DNA of 64,000 bases from Scenedesmus sp. PABB004 (taxonomy: Eukaryota), in NCBI GenBank assembly GCA_014905635.1, contig JABVCE010000016.1, positions 1 through 64,000 of the forward strand. Reading direction: 5' to 3'. How positions within the stretch are numbered: position 1 is the stretch's first letter; the number at the start of each line of letters is the position of its first letter. Positions 47,803 through 61,441 of the stretch are shown here, in pieces. The notes under the pieces are model-generated. The model did no database searches and was not told where the DNA came from. It saw only the letters and a list, made by a program, of their open reading frames with translations. A program made the translations under genes and the position numbers.

Positions 47803-49802
47803 TCACGGCGCGATCACGACGCTGCCCCCCGCATCGCCCTCGCCACCCGGAGCGGCGGTGTCGACGAGCAGCGGCGCGCCCGCGCCGCCGGGCGCGCGCA
47901 GCACCAGGCGCGGCGCCGGCAGCCGCCCCGCGCGCTGCGGCACGACCACCACCTCCACCGTGGCCAGCGAGCCGGGAGAGGTCCCCAGGCGCACCACCCC
48001 GCCCGGGGCCCAGCCGCCGCCGCCGCCACCACCGCCGCCAGGCTGCGGCGCGGCGCCGCCGCCCGGCGCGCCGCCGCCGCCCGGCGCGCCGCCGCTGCAG
48101 CTCGCGGCGCTCGGCTCCCACCACGCGCCGCCGCCGGCCGCCGCCGCCGCCGACGCGAGGCCGCCCGGGCCGAGCGAGCTGCGCAGCAGGTCGCCGCTGC
48201 TGCTCGCGGGCGTGGCGCCGGCGGCGCCGGGCGCCAGTTCGTAGCACAGCAGCTCGGTGTACTCGCCCCCGCCGCCGCTGCCGCCGCCGCCGGCATCGCC
48301 GGCGCTGCCGCCGCTGACGCGCCGGCGCCCCTCGCCGCTGGCGTCGTCGTCCAGGCTCACGTCGGCCCAGCCCGGCGCCCGCGGCGCCCCGCCGCCGCCC
48401 GTGCGCGCGAGCTGCCAGCTGAGCGTGAGCGGCTCGCCGACGCGGCCGGCAAAGGGCCCCAGCAGCGTGGCGCGCAGGCAGGGCTCGACCGCCGGCGCGC
48501 GCGAAGGAAACTCGAGCCAGAACGGCAGCCGCAGCGACATGACGCCCCCAGCAGCGGCCGCCGCCGCCGCCGCTGCGCCCGGCGGCAGCCAGGGGCAGCT
48601 CGCGCCGCCGCCGCCGCCGCCGCTGCCCTCGGCCGCGGGCGGCGCGCCGGCCAGCGGCGGCCCCACCGCCAGCGGCGGCGGCGGCGGCGGCAGGGGCTGA
48701 CCACTGAGCGGGTCGCGCGGGCCCTCGCACGCCGACGCGGCGTCCGCCGGCTGCAGCGCGTAGCTCAGCAGCAGCAGGCTGCAGCCGTCCGCCTCAAAGC
48801 TGCCGGTGCCCTGGTCGCCTGCCGGCGGCGGCGGCGGCGGCGAGGCGCGCGCGTGAGCCGCCGCAGCGGCCCCAGCCGCCGTGCGGGCCCGGCCGGGCTC
48901 GCCCCCGCACGTGGCGCGCAGCCGCCGCCCTGGGCCGCCAGCGGCACGCACCTGGGTCCGGTGACAGGAGGAAGCAGAGACCGGCGCTCGCGCCGGGCGC
49001 CAGCCGCAGCGGCAGCACCTCCGCCAGGCCCGGCCCCGCGGGCCCCTGCCAGCCCGCGCTGCGCCCGGGCGCCTGGCCCAGCACGAGGCCGTACTGCGGC
49101 CGCAGCGCCGCCTCGAGCAGCAGCACGCTGCGCCCCGCGCCCGGGTCGAGCGAGACGGTGAGGCTCAGCGCCACCTGGCCCGTGGGCAGCTGCAGCGCGG
49201 TCGCGCACACCGCCGCCGGCTGCTGCAGCGGCAGCTGCAGCCCGCAGGCGTGCGAGCGCCACACGCCTGTGGTCGAGCGAGGGAGTAGTGGGCGTCGCGG
49301 GGCGGGCGGCCGCGCCTGAGCTCGAGTGGCGCCGCGCTGCGGCGCGGCGCGGCGCGGCCGGTGCCCGCCCACTCACCTGCCGTGTACTCGAGCTGCAGCG
49401 CCAGCTCCGCCGCCACGTCCTGCGGCCTGCTGGCCAGCAGCTCGCAGGGCTCCGGGGTGACCTTGGCCGCTGCGACCGCCGCCACGGCGGCGGCCGCCGC
49501 GGCCGCCGCTGTGGCGCTGCCGGGCGCCGGTGGCGACTCTGGCCGTGCGCCGCCGCCCGCCACAGAGAGCCGGCTCGCGCCGGGAGGGTGCTGCTGCGCC
49601 GGCAGCGGCGCAATCGCCGCCGCCGGCAGCGGCGGCGGCGTGGCGACCTTGACACTGGCGGGCGGCGTGGGCGGGGTGCCGACGAGCACCTGCATCCACA
49701 CCAGCAGCGGCCCTGACAGCCCGCCGTCCGGGCCTAGCACCTCGCCCAAGTCCACGCAGCCGCGGCTGACCGGCAGCCAGCGCCCCGCCGGCTCGCCGCC
49801 GC

Positions 49803-49849
<47 letters not shown>

Positions 49850-52800
49850 AACTGCTCCGGCTGCGCCTGCAGCTGCTGCACGAACACCCAGCTGCCGCCT
49901 GCTGCAGCGCCGCTGAGGCCCACGCTGCCGCCGCTGCTGCCGCCGGCCAGGAGGGACAGCTCGCTCCCGCCCAGCTGCTGCTGCTGCAGCGCCGCGAGCG
50001 CCCCCGGCGCCGCCGCCGGCGCCAGGCTGAGGAGGCGGCTCGCCTGCAGGTGCAGGCGCGGCCGCTGCAGGCGGCAGTCGTGCAGGGGGCTCACGAGCAC
50101 GCCCAGCCAGGCGGCGCAGCCAACGGGCAGGCAGCCGCCGGGCAGCACGGGGGACAGCCGCAGCCGCGGCGAGGGCCCCACCACGCGCGCGACGACCACC
50201 TCGCTCACCACCGTGCCGGCAGCGGTCACGCCGCCCACCTGCACCGCTTCGCCCCCGCCGCCGGGGCCGTGCGCCGCCGGCAGCAGGTCCAGCGCGCCCG
50301 GCTCGCCCTTGCCGCCGGCGCTGGCGCAGCCGCCGCCGCCGGCCGCCGCCGCGAGCAGCGACAGCGCGCCGGGCGGCGGCAGCCCGATGACCAGCTCGCC
50401 GGAGCTGCCCAGCAGCGCGCGCAGCTGTTTGATGCAGTACAGCCCCTCGCGCACTGGTGAGAGCTGGAACACAAGCCGGTTCACGCCCGGCGCCAGCAGC
50501 ACGGCGCCGTCGGGCAGCAGCGCGGGCGCCGCGCCGCCGCGGCCGGCCGCCGCCGCGGACGCGGCCGCTGCCACGCCGCGCCCGCCCGTGAAGGGGCTGG
50601 CGCGCGCCCCGGCGGCGGCGGGGTTGCCGGGCCCGCCCGGCGCGAACGCCGCCCGCAGGCGCGTGCTGACCAGCTCCTCGCCCTCCTGCCAGCGCTGCAC
50701 CGCGACGCGCGGCGAGTCGCCCGAGCCGCCGGCGGCCTTGGAGCCCGGCGGCCCGCCCAGCTGCTGCTGCAGCAGGGCGCTCATGCTGCCGGCGCCGTCA
50801 GCCGTGGCGCTGCCCGGGCCGATGCCCTGCGCGCCGCCGGCGCCGCCAAAGAGGCTGCTGCTGCCGCTGCTTAGCCACGTGGCCTTGTGCAGCTGCACCA
50901 GCGACAGCGCGAGCCCACGCAACAGCACGGGCCCCGGCAGCCGGCTCACCACGTCGACGGCGAGCGAGAGGCTGTCCCCGACCACCAGCAGCGCCGCCCC
51001 GCCGCCGCCGCCGCTTCCGTTCGCGCCGGACGCCGCAGCGGGTGGCGGCCGCGCCGGCGGCGACAGCACGGGCACGAGCGGCCGCGCCTCGGGCGTGCCG
51101 CGCCAGGCGCCACCATCCTCGAGCGCCTCGCTGCCGAAAAAGTGGCTGTAGCTCCCGGGCGCCGGGCGCAGCTGGATGGCCGCCAGTGTCGACAGCTGCA
51201 CCACCTGCTGCTGCTGCTGCTGCTGCTGCGCCACGGGCTGGCCGCCCAGGCCGGCGTCGCCGGCGGCGGCGGCCTGCCCGTCCGCGCATGCGCCCACCGC
51301 CGCCAGCAGCTCCTCGAACGCTGCCTGCCGGTCCGCCGCCGCGGCGGCGCCCGGCGGCACCGCGAGCAGCGCGAGGGCGGTGAACGGCAGCAGCGGCTGC
51401 GCGGCGAGGCGCTGGCAGGCGAGCAGCTTGGGCAGCAGCGTGCCCAGCAGCAGCTGCCAGCCCTCGCAGCTGAAGATCTTTTGCATGCGGTCCAGCAGCC
51501 TGCGCAGCGACGCAGCCGTAGCAACGCGGCGGCGGCGGCACAGGGCGGCGGCGCGCATCAGCGCGTCCACTGCCACGGCCTGGCGAGCGCCTCGCCCGCA
51601 CGGCACGCGCGCTCGCTCGCTGCGAGCGCACCGCGCCGCAACGTCGAGCTGCCCGCGCTGCAGCGCCATGACGGCGACGTCGGCGTAGATGAGCGCGCTG
51701 CTGCGCAGCCGGCCCGACTTGGCGTAGCACCACGCGGCGCGGCGGCTCAGCGCCAGCAGCAGCTCCTGGCGTCGCGCGGCGCGGCGCGGCGCGAGCGGTC
51801 AGCGGCGGTGCCGGCGAGGGGCGGGGGGCCGCACTGGGGCGGCGCTGGGGCGCGCGTGCCGTCTGGCGTCGCACCTGGAAGCATGCGGGGCTCCGCAGGG
51901 CCAGCTGCAGCCGCCACTCGCCGACCCAGCCCGGCACGGCCGCAGCCGCCGCGGCCGCGGCGGCGGGGTGGACGAGCGGGAGCGCTCCCGCCCCGCGCGC
52001 GGGCCGGCCCGCGGCCACGCCCGGCGCCTGCGGCCGGCGGCGCGAGCGGGTGGGCACGCACGCATGGGCGGGACGCGGCGCAGCGGCGCCCGCCGGCGCG
52101 GCCGGTCCCAGGCGCGGCGCTCACCCCGGGCGTGCCCGGCGCTGCGCTGGCGCTCGCGCTGCGCGCGTGCGTGGCGAGCTTGGGCAGGTGCAAGTCCCTG
52201 AGGCCGAGGCCGGCAGACGCGGTCATGCTCGCCGTGCTGGCGGCGACCGAGCCGGGCGCGAGGCCCTGCGCGTGGCGGCGGCGCGCGCGCGCGTGGGGGC
52301 ACCGGGCCGAATGCCGGCGCGCCTCATGCGCGCGCGCGCGCACCCACCTCGTGCCCCACCACCGCCATGCTGCTCGCACTGTCCAGCACACTGCTGGCAT
52401 CGCTGCCGCCGGCGCCGAGCGGCGCCGCGCGTGGCGCGACGCCGCCGGCGTCGTCGCCCGCGCTGCTCGCCGCCTCGCCCGCGCTGCTGATGTTGACGGT
52501 GGCGAGGCTCGTGCACGACTCCAGGCGCGGCAGTTCGCTGCCCGCGCCGACGGGCGCCGCGCCGTTGGCCAGGCCCGCGCCGCCGTCGTCCACGGGCGGC
52601 TGCTGCTCTCCGGCCGCCTCGCCGCTCGCCTTGCTGAGGCGGCTGCCGTGGCCCGGCGCCGCCTGCCCCGGCGTGGCGGGCGCCGCCGAGCCGCCGCGCC
52701 GCAGCCGGTCAAACATGCTGCCCCCGCTGCCGGCGCTGCCGCCGGCGGCGCTGCCCCCGCTGCCGGCGCTGCCGCCGGTCGCGCCCGCGGCCGCGCCGCT

Positions 52801-55800
52801 GCCGGGCGCGGCGCCGGCGCTGCTGCCGGTGGGGCTGGCGCCGCCGCCGCTGGCCGTGCTGTTGGCGATGCTGGTGAAGGTGGCCAGGTACGGCGTGCTC
52901 TGCGAGTCGGCGCGCGCCAGTGCCGCTGCGAGCGGGTCCTGCGCGGCGGAGGTCGGGCGGGCGGCGCGGGCGGCGCGGTGCGTGCCCGGCGCGGGCGCGG
53001 CGCCGCGCCTCGCGCCCCCCGCGCCGCCCCTGGCCGCTGGACGCCGCCGCTCCCCCGCCCCTCATCGCCGCGCACCTCGTCGGGGCCGAGGCGCGGCGTG
53101 TGGACCTCGTAAGTGAGCGGCCCGCCGCTGCCGTCGGCGTACTTGTTGATGATTTGGCTGAACCCACACAGCGGCGTGAGCAGCAACTCTTGCAGCTGCG
53201 CGACCATGCGCGGGCTGAGCGTGCCCGCCGCCGCGGCCGCCGCGAGCAGGTCCACGCCGGCGGTGAGGCCGCCGCCGCCGCTCCCAGCGCTCGCCGGCGG
53301 CGGCGGCGGCGGCGGCGCGGCGCCGCGCGGGCCCGCCGCGGCGCCGCCGGCGCGCGGCGCCGCGCCCGCGGGCGCAAACGCCGCCCTGCCGAGCTGCAGG
53401 ATGCCCGCGCCGCCCGCGCCCGCGGCGGCGGCCTCGGTGAGCCGCAGCGCGCCGCCCAGGCGCAGCAGCTCGCCGCGCGCGAGGTGGTAGAGGTGGCCCA
53501 GCAGGCAGCAGTGCAGGCGGTCCATCAGCTCCCTGGGCACGCGCACGCGCACGCGCACGCGCGCACGCACGAGGCGCGGCGGCCAGGCGTGTGAGCGGCC
53601 GGCGGCGGCGCCGCCGCGCGTGCGCGCCTGCCCCGGCCCGCACCTGCGCTGCTCGCCCGCCTGCAGCAGCAGGCCGATGTTGCCCGGCGTGATCGCCTGG
53701 CCGCACAGCACGCCGAGGTCGAGCGGCGGCTCGTCGCCGTCGTCGCCGGCGTCGCCCGCGCCCGCCGCGTGCCCGTCGCCGCCGCCCGGGCCCCCCTTGG
53801 CGCCGTGGCTCGCGCTGTAGTCCAGCTCCCAGCCAGAGGCCGGCAGCACGGGCATCGCCGGCGCCCCCGCCGCGCCGCCGGCGGGCGGGCTGCCGCCCGC
53901 AAGGCGCCCCGGCCGCCTGCGCGCGGGGGGCGGGCGCGGCAGCGGCAGCGCAGCGTGAGGGCCGACGCGGCGCCGGCAGAGGCGGCCCGCGCGGCGAGCG
54001 CGCGGTGCCCCCGGCAGGCCCCACCTCTCGCTCTCGGTGCTGCGCCGGCTCGCGGCGCCCGGGCCGGTGCCGTCGGCGGCGCCCGCGGCGCCGGCGCGCT
54101 CGGCCGCCGTCGCGGCGGCGAGCGCGCGCACCGCGGCCTGCGCCGCCGGCGTGGCGGGCGCGTTGGCGCCGCACAGCAGGTCGGCCGCGTCCCAGTCCGG
54201 CGGCAGCGCGTGGCGCTGCGCTGTGTACGACGTGACCGCGGTGATCAGCGCCATGCACGCGCTGAACGCCCAGCACTGCGTGGCGCGGCGGGCGCCGCCG
54301 CGGCGGCGCACGTGAGCCCCCGGGCGGTCCCGTCACGCGCGCCCCGCCGCCGCGCGCTGCGCGCCGCCGCGACGCGCTGCGGCCACTGCATCGCAGCCGC
54401 CGCGCCGCACCTCCTTGAACCAGGGCTTGACCTGCCCCGCCGCCTCGCGCGCCGCGAGCAGCGCCAGAAAGTTCTGCACGAACACGAGGCCGCGCTCCGC
54501 CACGTCAATGGGCCGCCCCAGCCGCAGCAGCACGCGCGCCTGCGGCGGCCCGGCGGCGGGCGCGGCGGCGGCGGCGGTCGGGCGCCGCGAGCGCGCGCCC
54601 CGCGCGCCCCTGCAGCGCCCCCAAAGCCCTCCGCCCCAGCCCCGCCGCGGGGGTCCCCAGGCGCGCCTGCGCGGCAAAGAGGTACTGTCGGAAGTGAAAC
54701 TCGCCCACGCTCTTCTTCCACAGCACCAGGCGCCGCATCGTGCGCCAGCTACTGCTCAGCAGGCTCGCCACGTCCTCCGCGTCCCCGCCGGCGAGGCCTG
54801 CGGCGGCGGCCGGCCGCGTCGCCGCGTCGGCGCCCGCACGCGGCGAGCGCCCTGCCGCGCGCCGGGCGCTGCGCACCAAAGTCGGCCGCGCTGCTCAGCG
54901 CGCCGCCGCCGCCGCCGCCCGCGGCGGCCGCCGTGGCGTCCAGGCAGTCGAGGTAGACCGTTTCGAGCTCCACGTACTCCTGGAACGCGTCCTCCCTGCG
55001 CGCCACGCCGTGCTCAGGCGCCGCGCTCGAGGCTCGGGCGCCACCGCCGCGCCCGCGCGCCGGCCACCCGCCCGCGTCGCCCCGCAGCGGCGCCCCGCGG
55101 CGGCGCCCCGCGGCGGCGCCCCGCACCAAAGGCCCGCGCCCTCGAGCATGAGCGCGAAGGAGTCTTTGACCAAGTAGAGCGTGGTGAAGCTCCACTTGGG
55201 GTCGCGCCGCTCGTTGAGCAGCCGCCGCACCTGCGCGCGGCGCGTGGGCGGGTGGGCGCGCGTCGCGCCGGCGCTGCCCGCGCGCTTGCTGCCGCCGCGC
55301 TGCCGCACCTCTGCGTCGTACGCCGCCTGGCGCGCCTCGAACGCGGCGCGGATGCTGTCGCGCAGCCCGGCCGCGAGGTCGTCCAGGCCCGCGGCGCCCG
55401 CGCCCCAGCCGCCGGCGGCGGCGGTGTGCGACGCGCCGCCCGGGCCAAAGCCAGCGATGCGGCCGCCGCCGGCGACGCCGCCCGCGCCGCGGGAGCCGGA
55501 GCCGGCGGAGGGGGCGTCGAACGCGCGGAGCGGCACGTCCAGCCGCACGACGCGCTCGCGGCGCTTGCTGCCAAAGTCGTCGCAGAGCTTCTCAAACACT
55601 CGCCTGCGCGCGCAGCGCAGCAGCCGCGGTCAGCGCGGACCGCGGTCAGCGCTCGCCGTGTCGACTGGGGCCGCTGCCGCCGCCGCGCTGCGGTGCGCTG
55701 CGCTCCGCAGCGCTGCGCGGCGCGGCGCGGCGCGGGCGACCACGCACCGCGCGCCCCTGTCGCCCGGCTCGAGCTCAAACGGGCGCACGTACAGCACCAG

Positions 55801-56674
55801 CCACTCGCTGCCGACGGCCGCGCCGCCCCAGTCCTTTTCGATGTCGGCCGTCACGCGCCGCAGCTGCGCCCGCACGGTGCTCTTGTACTCATGAACGTCG
55901 GCGGTCGACACCTGCGGGGGGGGGGGGGGGGGGGGACGCGTGTGGCGTGCGTCGTCTCGCCGCCGCCGCTGTAGCCGCTCCGCAGCATGCTGCCGGGCGG
56001 GCGCTGCGTGCCGCTGCGACGCGCTGTGCGGTCACTGCATCGCAGCCGCCGCTGCAGGCTGCGTGCCGCACCAGCACGAGGTGCGTGTGCGGCGTGCGGA
56101 ACCAGGTGACCGGGCTGTGGCTGTACTGCTTGAGGTGCAGCAGCCGCTTGTCCGTTGCCAGCACAAACCTGGCGGCGCGGGCGCGGGCACGGCGGCGCGC
56201 GGCTGAGGCGGCGAGCAGGGCGAGCAGCCGCCGCGTGCCGCCAGCCGCTGCGCCCGCCCTGCCGGCGGCACCCACATGAGCGGCAGGCGCGGCACCGCGA
56301 CGGGCTTGCCGACCTTGTTGGGCAGCGTGATGCCGCAGAGCGGCATGCGGCTCTCCACCAGCTGCGCGCGCCGGCCGGGCGGCGGCGGCGCGGCGCAGCG
56401 TGGAGCGCTGCTGCCGCGCCCACTGTCCGGCGCGCGGCGCCGCTGCCGGCACCCGGGAGCGGAGGTCCTGCCGGACGCGGCACCCGGCGCCGGGCCCGCG
56501 GGCGCACGCAGCCCACGCGCCAACCGCCGGTGCTCGCTGCTCGCTGCTCGCCGCCCGCGCGGCGCCGCCCGGCCGCCGCCGGGCGCCACGCACCTCCTTG
56601 ATCGTGCTCCACAGTCCGTGCACGCCCAGCTCGTCCACGGAGACCACAAAGGTGCCTCCCAGCTCCTCCTCCAT
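47803..56674 (-). CDS. TRAPPC10: TRAPP II complex subunit TRAPPC10/Trs130, multi-exon with low-complexity insertions
   Basis: WFRTPHTHLVL, EYKSTVR, RRDPKWSFTTLYLVKDSFALML, EDAFQEYVELE, EFHFRQYLFAAQ, EGWQLL, and a C-terminal GRVGEPLTLSWQL..VPQRAGRLPAPRL Ig-like domain. Confidence 0.88.
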
Positions 56675-56955
56675 GCTGGCGCGCCCGGCGCGCAGCGCCC
56701 CAGGGCCGCCAGCAGGCTCAGCCCCTCCCTGGCGGTGCGTGCGGGGCGCCCCTCCCTTGTGGTCGCTGCCGGCGGGCGTTGCAGGCCCCCGCCGGCGCGC
56801 GTTTTTGCGGCGCGCGCCCGTCCGCCGCCGCTGCCGCGCTTGCTGCCGCCCGATCGCCGGCGCGCATCACACCCGCGCTCGGCTGCGCCCAAAGGCTTGC
56901 CAGGGCGCCGTCAGCTCAGCCGCCGCGCGCCGCTGCCGCCGCTGCGCCGGGCGCG

Positions 56956-58300
56956 ATGCCCGGGCGCTCGGAGCCTCCGACTGCGCAGCTCGGGTCGCTG
57001 CTGCTGCGCGGCTGGACGATGCTGGCAGAGGCGTGCGGGGACTGCCAGGTGCGTGACTGTGCCGTGCTGGCACGCCCTCTCTGAGGCAAACAGCGGGGGC
57101 GCAGGCGCACCGCCGCCGCGACCGCTGGCATCGTCGACGCCGCGCCATCACCCCGCTCCTGCCCACGCCGCCAGATACCGCTCATGCGCGACCCGGAGAC
57201 CATGCTGGGGCACTGTGTGGGCTGCAAGAAGACGTTTGACGCGGAGGGCAACGCGGCGCCGACGGCGGCAGCGCCGCTCGCGCCAGCGCCCGCGGCAGCG
57301 CCGGCGGCAGCAGCCAACGGGCCGCTGCGCAGGCCCGGCATGAACGGTCCGCTGCCGGCGGGCGCGGGCGCGGCGGCGGCCCCAGCCTCGGAGCCGCGCG
57401 CGGGGGCGGGGCGCAGGCGGGGCAGCCGCAGCGGCAGCGACAGCGACGGCGACGCCGCGGAGGGCGAGCGGCTGCTGCAGCAGCTGCGCGCCGCGCGCGA
57501 GCGCCGCGAGCGCGCCGCGGCGGCGGGCGACGCCGCGTCCGACCCCTGCCAGCTGCTGGCGGACCGCCTGCTCGAAGGATGGGCCATGCTGGCGGAGCAC
57601 TGCCCCCTGTGAGCGGCCGCGGCAGCCGCCCGCGTGCAACCGCCGCCGCCGCCGCCCTGTTCCTCTGCGCTCGCGCACTCACCCCTGCACCCGCCCTCGT
57701 CACTGCTGCTGCGCAGGTGCAACACGCCCCTGATGCGCAGCAGGGCGCGCGAGGTGCGCTGCATCGCCTGCGACCTCCCGGTGCAGATCGGCGGCGACGC
57801 CAGCAGCAGCAGCGCCGCCGCCCCAGCCGACACGCAGCCGCCGGGCGCGGCGGCGCACGCGGACGGCGCACCCGCGCCCGGCGCGGCGCAGCCCGCCGAC
57901 GGGCCCGCTGCCGCGCCGGGCGCTGCGGCGCCGCGGGGCAGCGGCGCCGCGGCGCCCCCGCGCGCGGATGCCGGCGCGCTGCGGCTGTCCGACCCCCGCG
58001 CGCCTGGCGGCCACGCGGAGCGCCAGACGCGGGTGAGCGGGAGGGGCAGGGGCGTTGCACGTCGGCTGCGCGCCGCAGCCGCACCCACTGCTGTGTGCGC
58101 GAGCGCACGTGACGCTGCCGCCGCCCGCCGCTGCGGCCCAGGTCGTGGCGGAGCTGCGGGGCACGCTGCTGGACAAGCTCGAGGAGTGCCACGCCCTCAT
58201 GCAGCGCACGAGCGCGGCGCAGGGCGACGCGCTGCAGCAGCACGCTGCGCTGGCGGCGCAGCTGCTCGCGGCACTGCGCGCCGCGGGCGACGCGGTGTAA
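56956..58300 (+). CDS. SSSCA1/ZNRD2-like protein with two Auto_anti-p27 zinc ribbons
   Basis: LLLRGWTMLAEACGDC-IPLMRD..CVGC and RLLEGWAMLAEHCPL-CNTPLMRS..CIAC. Confidence 0.85.
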
Positions 58301-58389
58301 CCCGCCGCCGCCAGAGCTTGGCTCCCCGCGTGCCGCATGTTGCAGCGACAGACCCGGGGCCCCTGCCGGCACCCCTCTCGGGGCGCCGC

Positions 58390-58456
58390 TCACTCCTGAT
58401 GATGTCCCTGCGCCTGCTCGTGCTGCTGCGCCTGCTCGTGCTGCTGCTGCTGGTCT

Positions 58457-58504
<48 letters not shown>

Positions 58505-61441
58505 GGCCGCGGCTGCGCGTGCTCTGCCGCAGTGGCCGCCGCCGTGCCGCCGCCCCCGCTCCCGCTCCCGCTCCCGCCGCCGCCGGCTGCAATGATGGGG
58601 AAGAGCTCCGCCGCGTGCGCCCGCAGCCACGCGTGTGCAGCGTGGGCGCCCGCCAGCGCGGCGGTCACGTCCGTGGCCACCACCGGCGCGGTCAGGTCGC
58701 CGTCGGGCGCCCACGCCGGCACGGGCGTCGCGTCGGGCGCCTCCTCCGGCGGCACGAGCGTGTTGGGGTCGCGGCGCAGCAGCACGAGCGCGTCAAAGTC
58801 GACGCCCGCGAGCGCGAGCAGCTGCGGCTCCGCCGCGAGGCCGGCGGCCTCGTACGCGTCGGCGGCCGCGCCGCCGCCGAGCAGCGTGCGCAGCAGCGGC
58901 GCGCAGGCGGCGTCGAGGCGCGGGCTCGCGCCCACGGGCAGGCCGTGCTCGCGCGCGCGCCAGTAGCTGGTGAACGTCGCGGCGGGGCACGCCTGCGCCG
59001 GCGGCGGTGGCCGCCGCAGTGAGGCAACAACTGGCGCGCCGCACTCCCCCGGCCCTCCCTCACTCCCAAGCCGCCCAGGCAGCGCCGCGAGCGCCCGCGC
59101 CCGCACCTCCTCGGGCGCCGCCGCCCAGCCGCGCTCGCGCGGCGCCGACGCGGCGAGCGGGCGCGGGATGGTCCAGGGCACAAACGCGGCCGGCGGGGCG
59201 ACGTAGTCGTACGGCACGCCCACGGTGGGGCCCTGCGCCTCCTGGGAGAGGTAGTAGTGGATCCAGCTGCGCGGGGCGTGTGTTATTTCACATGTTATAA
59301 CGAGCGTCACAAGCAGCGCTCAAACGCGCAGCGCGGCGGGCGCGGGGTGCGGGCGTGCGTGGCGGCGGCGCGCACGCGCGGCGCGGCGCGGCCGCACCGC
59401 AGCGGCAGCGGCCCCGTGAGCAGGCCGAGCGGCCAGGCCTCGCCCGCGGCGCCGAGCTTGTTCATGGTGCGGTGCAGGAACGCGGGGCGGCCGAGGCCGT
59501 CGTGCTGCACCATGCCGGCCAGCTGCCACCCCCCGACGCGCTCGCCGGTCGCCTTGACGAGCAGCCGCCCGGGGCGCCAAGAGAGCGCGGCGCCTGGCGG
59601 CACCTGCGCGGCGCGCGTGCCGCGCGTGAGCGCCCGGCCGCGCCGCGCGCGCGACCCGCCCCGCCGCGCCGCGCCCGCCGCCCGCCGCCTGCGCACCCGG
59701 AGCTGGTTGAAGGCCGTCGCCTTGCCCGCGACGGCAAAGGCGAGGGCGTATGTGTCCTTGTCCCCCCAGAGGGCGTGGTAGACCTGGTCACCATACGTGT
59801 TGAGCCAGAGCGCCCACTCCGCGACGTCGGCGTGGCGCGCCAGGTCGAGCAGCAGCTGCCCGCTCTCCGTCTCGCGCGCGAGGCCGCCGCGCCCCGCCGC
59901 GAGCAGCTCCTGCGCGCGGCGCCGCGCGGCGTGGGCGGGCGCGCCGCGGCCGCGCCGCGCCGCGCGCGGGGCGCGCGCGCCGGCCGCGCACCTGCGCCTG
60001 CGGATGCTTCAGGCCCACCATGTCGTCCACCACCTCCTGCTGCTCCCGGCGCGCGCCGCCGCCGCTGCCGGGCGCCCAGAAGTCGGGCCAGAAGAGCGCG
60101 CCGGTCGCCTGGAACGACGCGTCCGCCCACAGGCCTGCGCGCGCGGGCAGCGGCGCGGGCGACGGGGCGGCAAATCTCGTCGCGTGCGGCGGGGCGCTGC
60201 CGCGCGACTGCCGCCTCGCAGCTGCATGTTCCGGCGCCGCGCCGCGCACCCTCTGGGTTGGCGAGCGGCAGGCTGTCGGCATCCAGCAGCAGCGCGCTCG
60301 CGAACGCGCTCGTGGTGAGGCTGCGCACCTTGCCCAGGAAGCGCGACACGTTCCACGCGCCCGGGCGCCGGGCCTGCGCGCGCGACACGGCGCGCCGTGG
60401 GCGGCGGCGAGGGCGCAGCGCGCGCGGCGGCCGCGCGGCGGGGCCACGGGCGCACCCTGCCAGCGCGCGGTGGTGCGCCGGCCACGGCAGCGCGCTGAGG
60501 TTGACGCCGCGCAGCGGGCCCCAGCGCGCCGTGAGCGCGGCGAGCGTGGCGTTATCCATCTCGCCGCCCGCGTGCCACACGAGCTCCACCGGCAGCGAGC
60601 AGTTGTGCACCTCGCGCAGCACCTGCGGGGCCGGCAGGGGGGAGGGGTGCACCGCCGACGGTCGGCGCGCGCGTGCGCGAGCGCGGCGGCTCGCGGCGCC
60701 GCGCGCGCGGCAAGGCCGTCCACCGCCGGCGCGCCTGGAGGCTGACGGCCGCGCTCGCCAGCAGGTCGGGGCCGCCAGCGTTGATGATGATGCCGCGCTG
60801 CCCGCCCGCCGCGCGCGCCGCGGCCTGCGCCTTGAACGCGGGCGACCCCAGGTGCGCCGCGACCTGCGCGGCGCGCGCGGCCGGCGCCGGCGCGCGTTTC
60901 GGCTGATCGGCTGGCCGGCCGCGCCGCGCCGTGCGCGTGCGCACGCCCGCACCAGCTTGTGCTGCGCGCGCATATCGTGCGGCTCGGGCGGCAGCTGGTA
61001 CGTCGACGGCGCCGGCGCGGCGCGGCGCGGCGGCGACAGCACGACGTCCCGCAGGTACGCCGCCGCCGCCGCGACGCGCTCGGGCGCGACCCACGCGTAG
61101 TCGGCCGCCGGCTCCGCCGCGCCGCCCGGGCCGCCGCCGCCGCCGGCTCCCGCGCCCGCGGCGGCCGCGCCTGGCGCGCCGCGTGCCGCCGCGCCTGCGA
61201 GCCCCTGCTGCTGCAGGCGCTCCAGCAGGCTGCCCGGCGGCGCGCCCCGGCCGGCGCCGCCGCCTCCGCGCCGCGCCTCCGCTGCCGCCGCGCGCCGCCG
61301 CTGCGGCTGCGCCGGGCCCATCGTCACCCAGACCAGCGCCGGCGTCGCCAGCAGGAACGCGAGCAGCAACGGCAGCGGCACGCGCGCGGAGCGGTGCGCC
61401 GCCGACGCGCGCATCAGCGGCGCGCGCGTACGCGGCAGCAT
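58390..61441 (-). CDS. GT71 (Mnn2/Mnn5-like) alpha-mannosyltransferase, type II membrane protein
   Basis: N-terminal TM helix; RGIIINAGG, CSLPVEL, LLLDADS (DxD), TGALFWPDFW, ETESGQLLLD, WGDKDTYALAF, MVQHD. Confidence 0.9.

Noticed and set aside
54541..54666. Introner-like TSD (cgcaggcgcgc at both intron ends)
   Set aside because: Explained by splice consensus plus GC bias; no family of near-identical introns was seen in the window.
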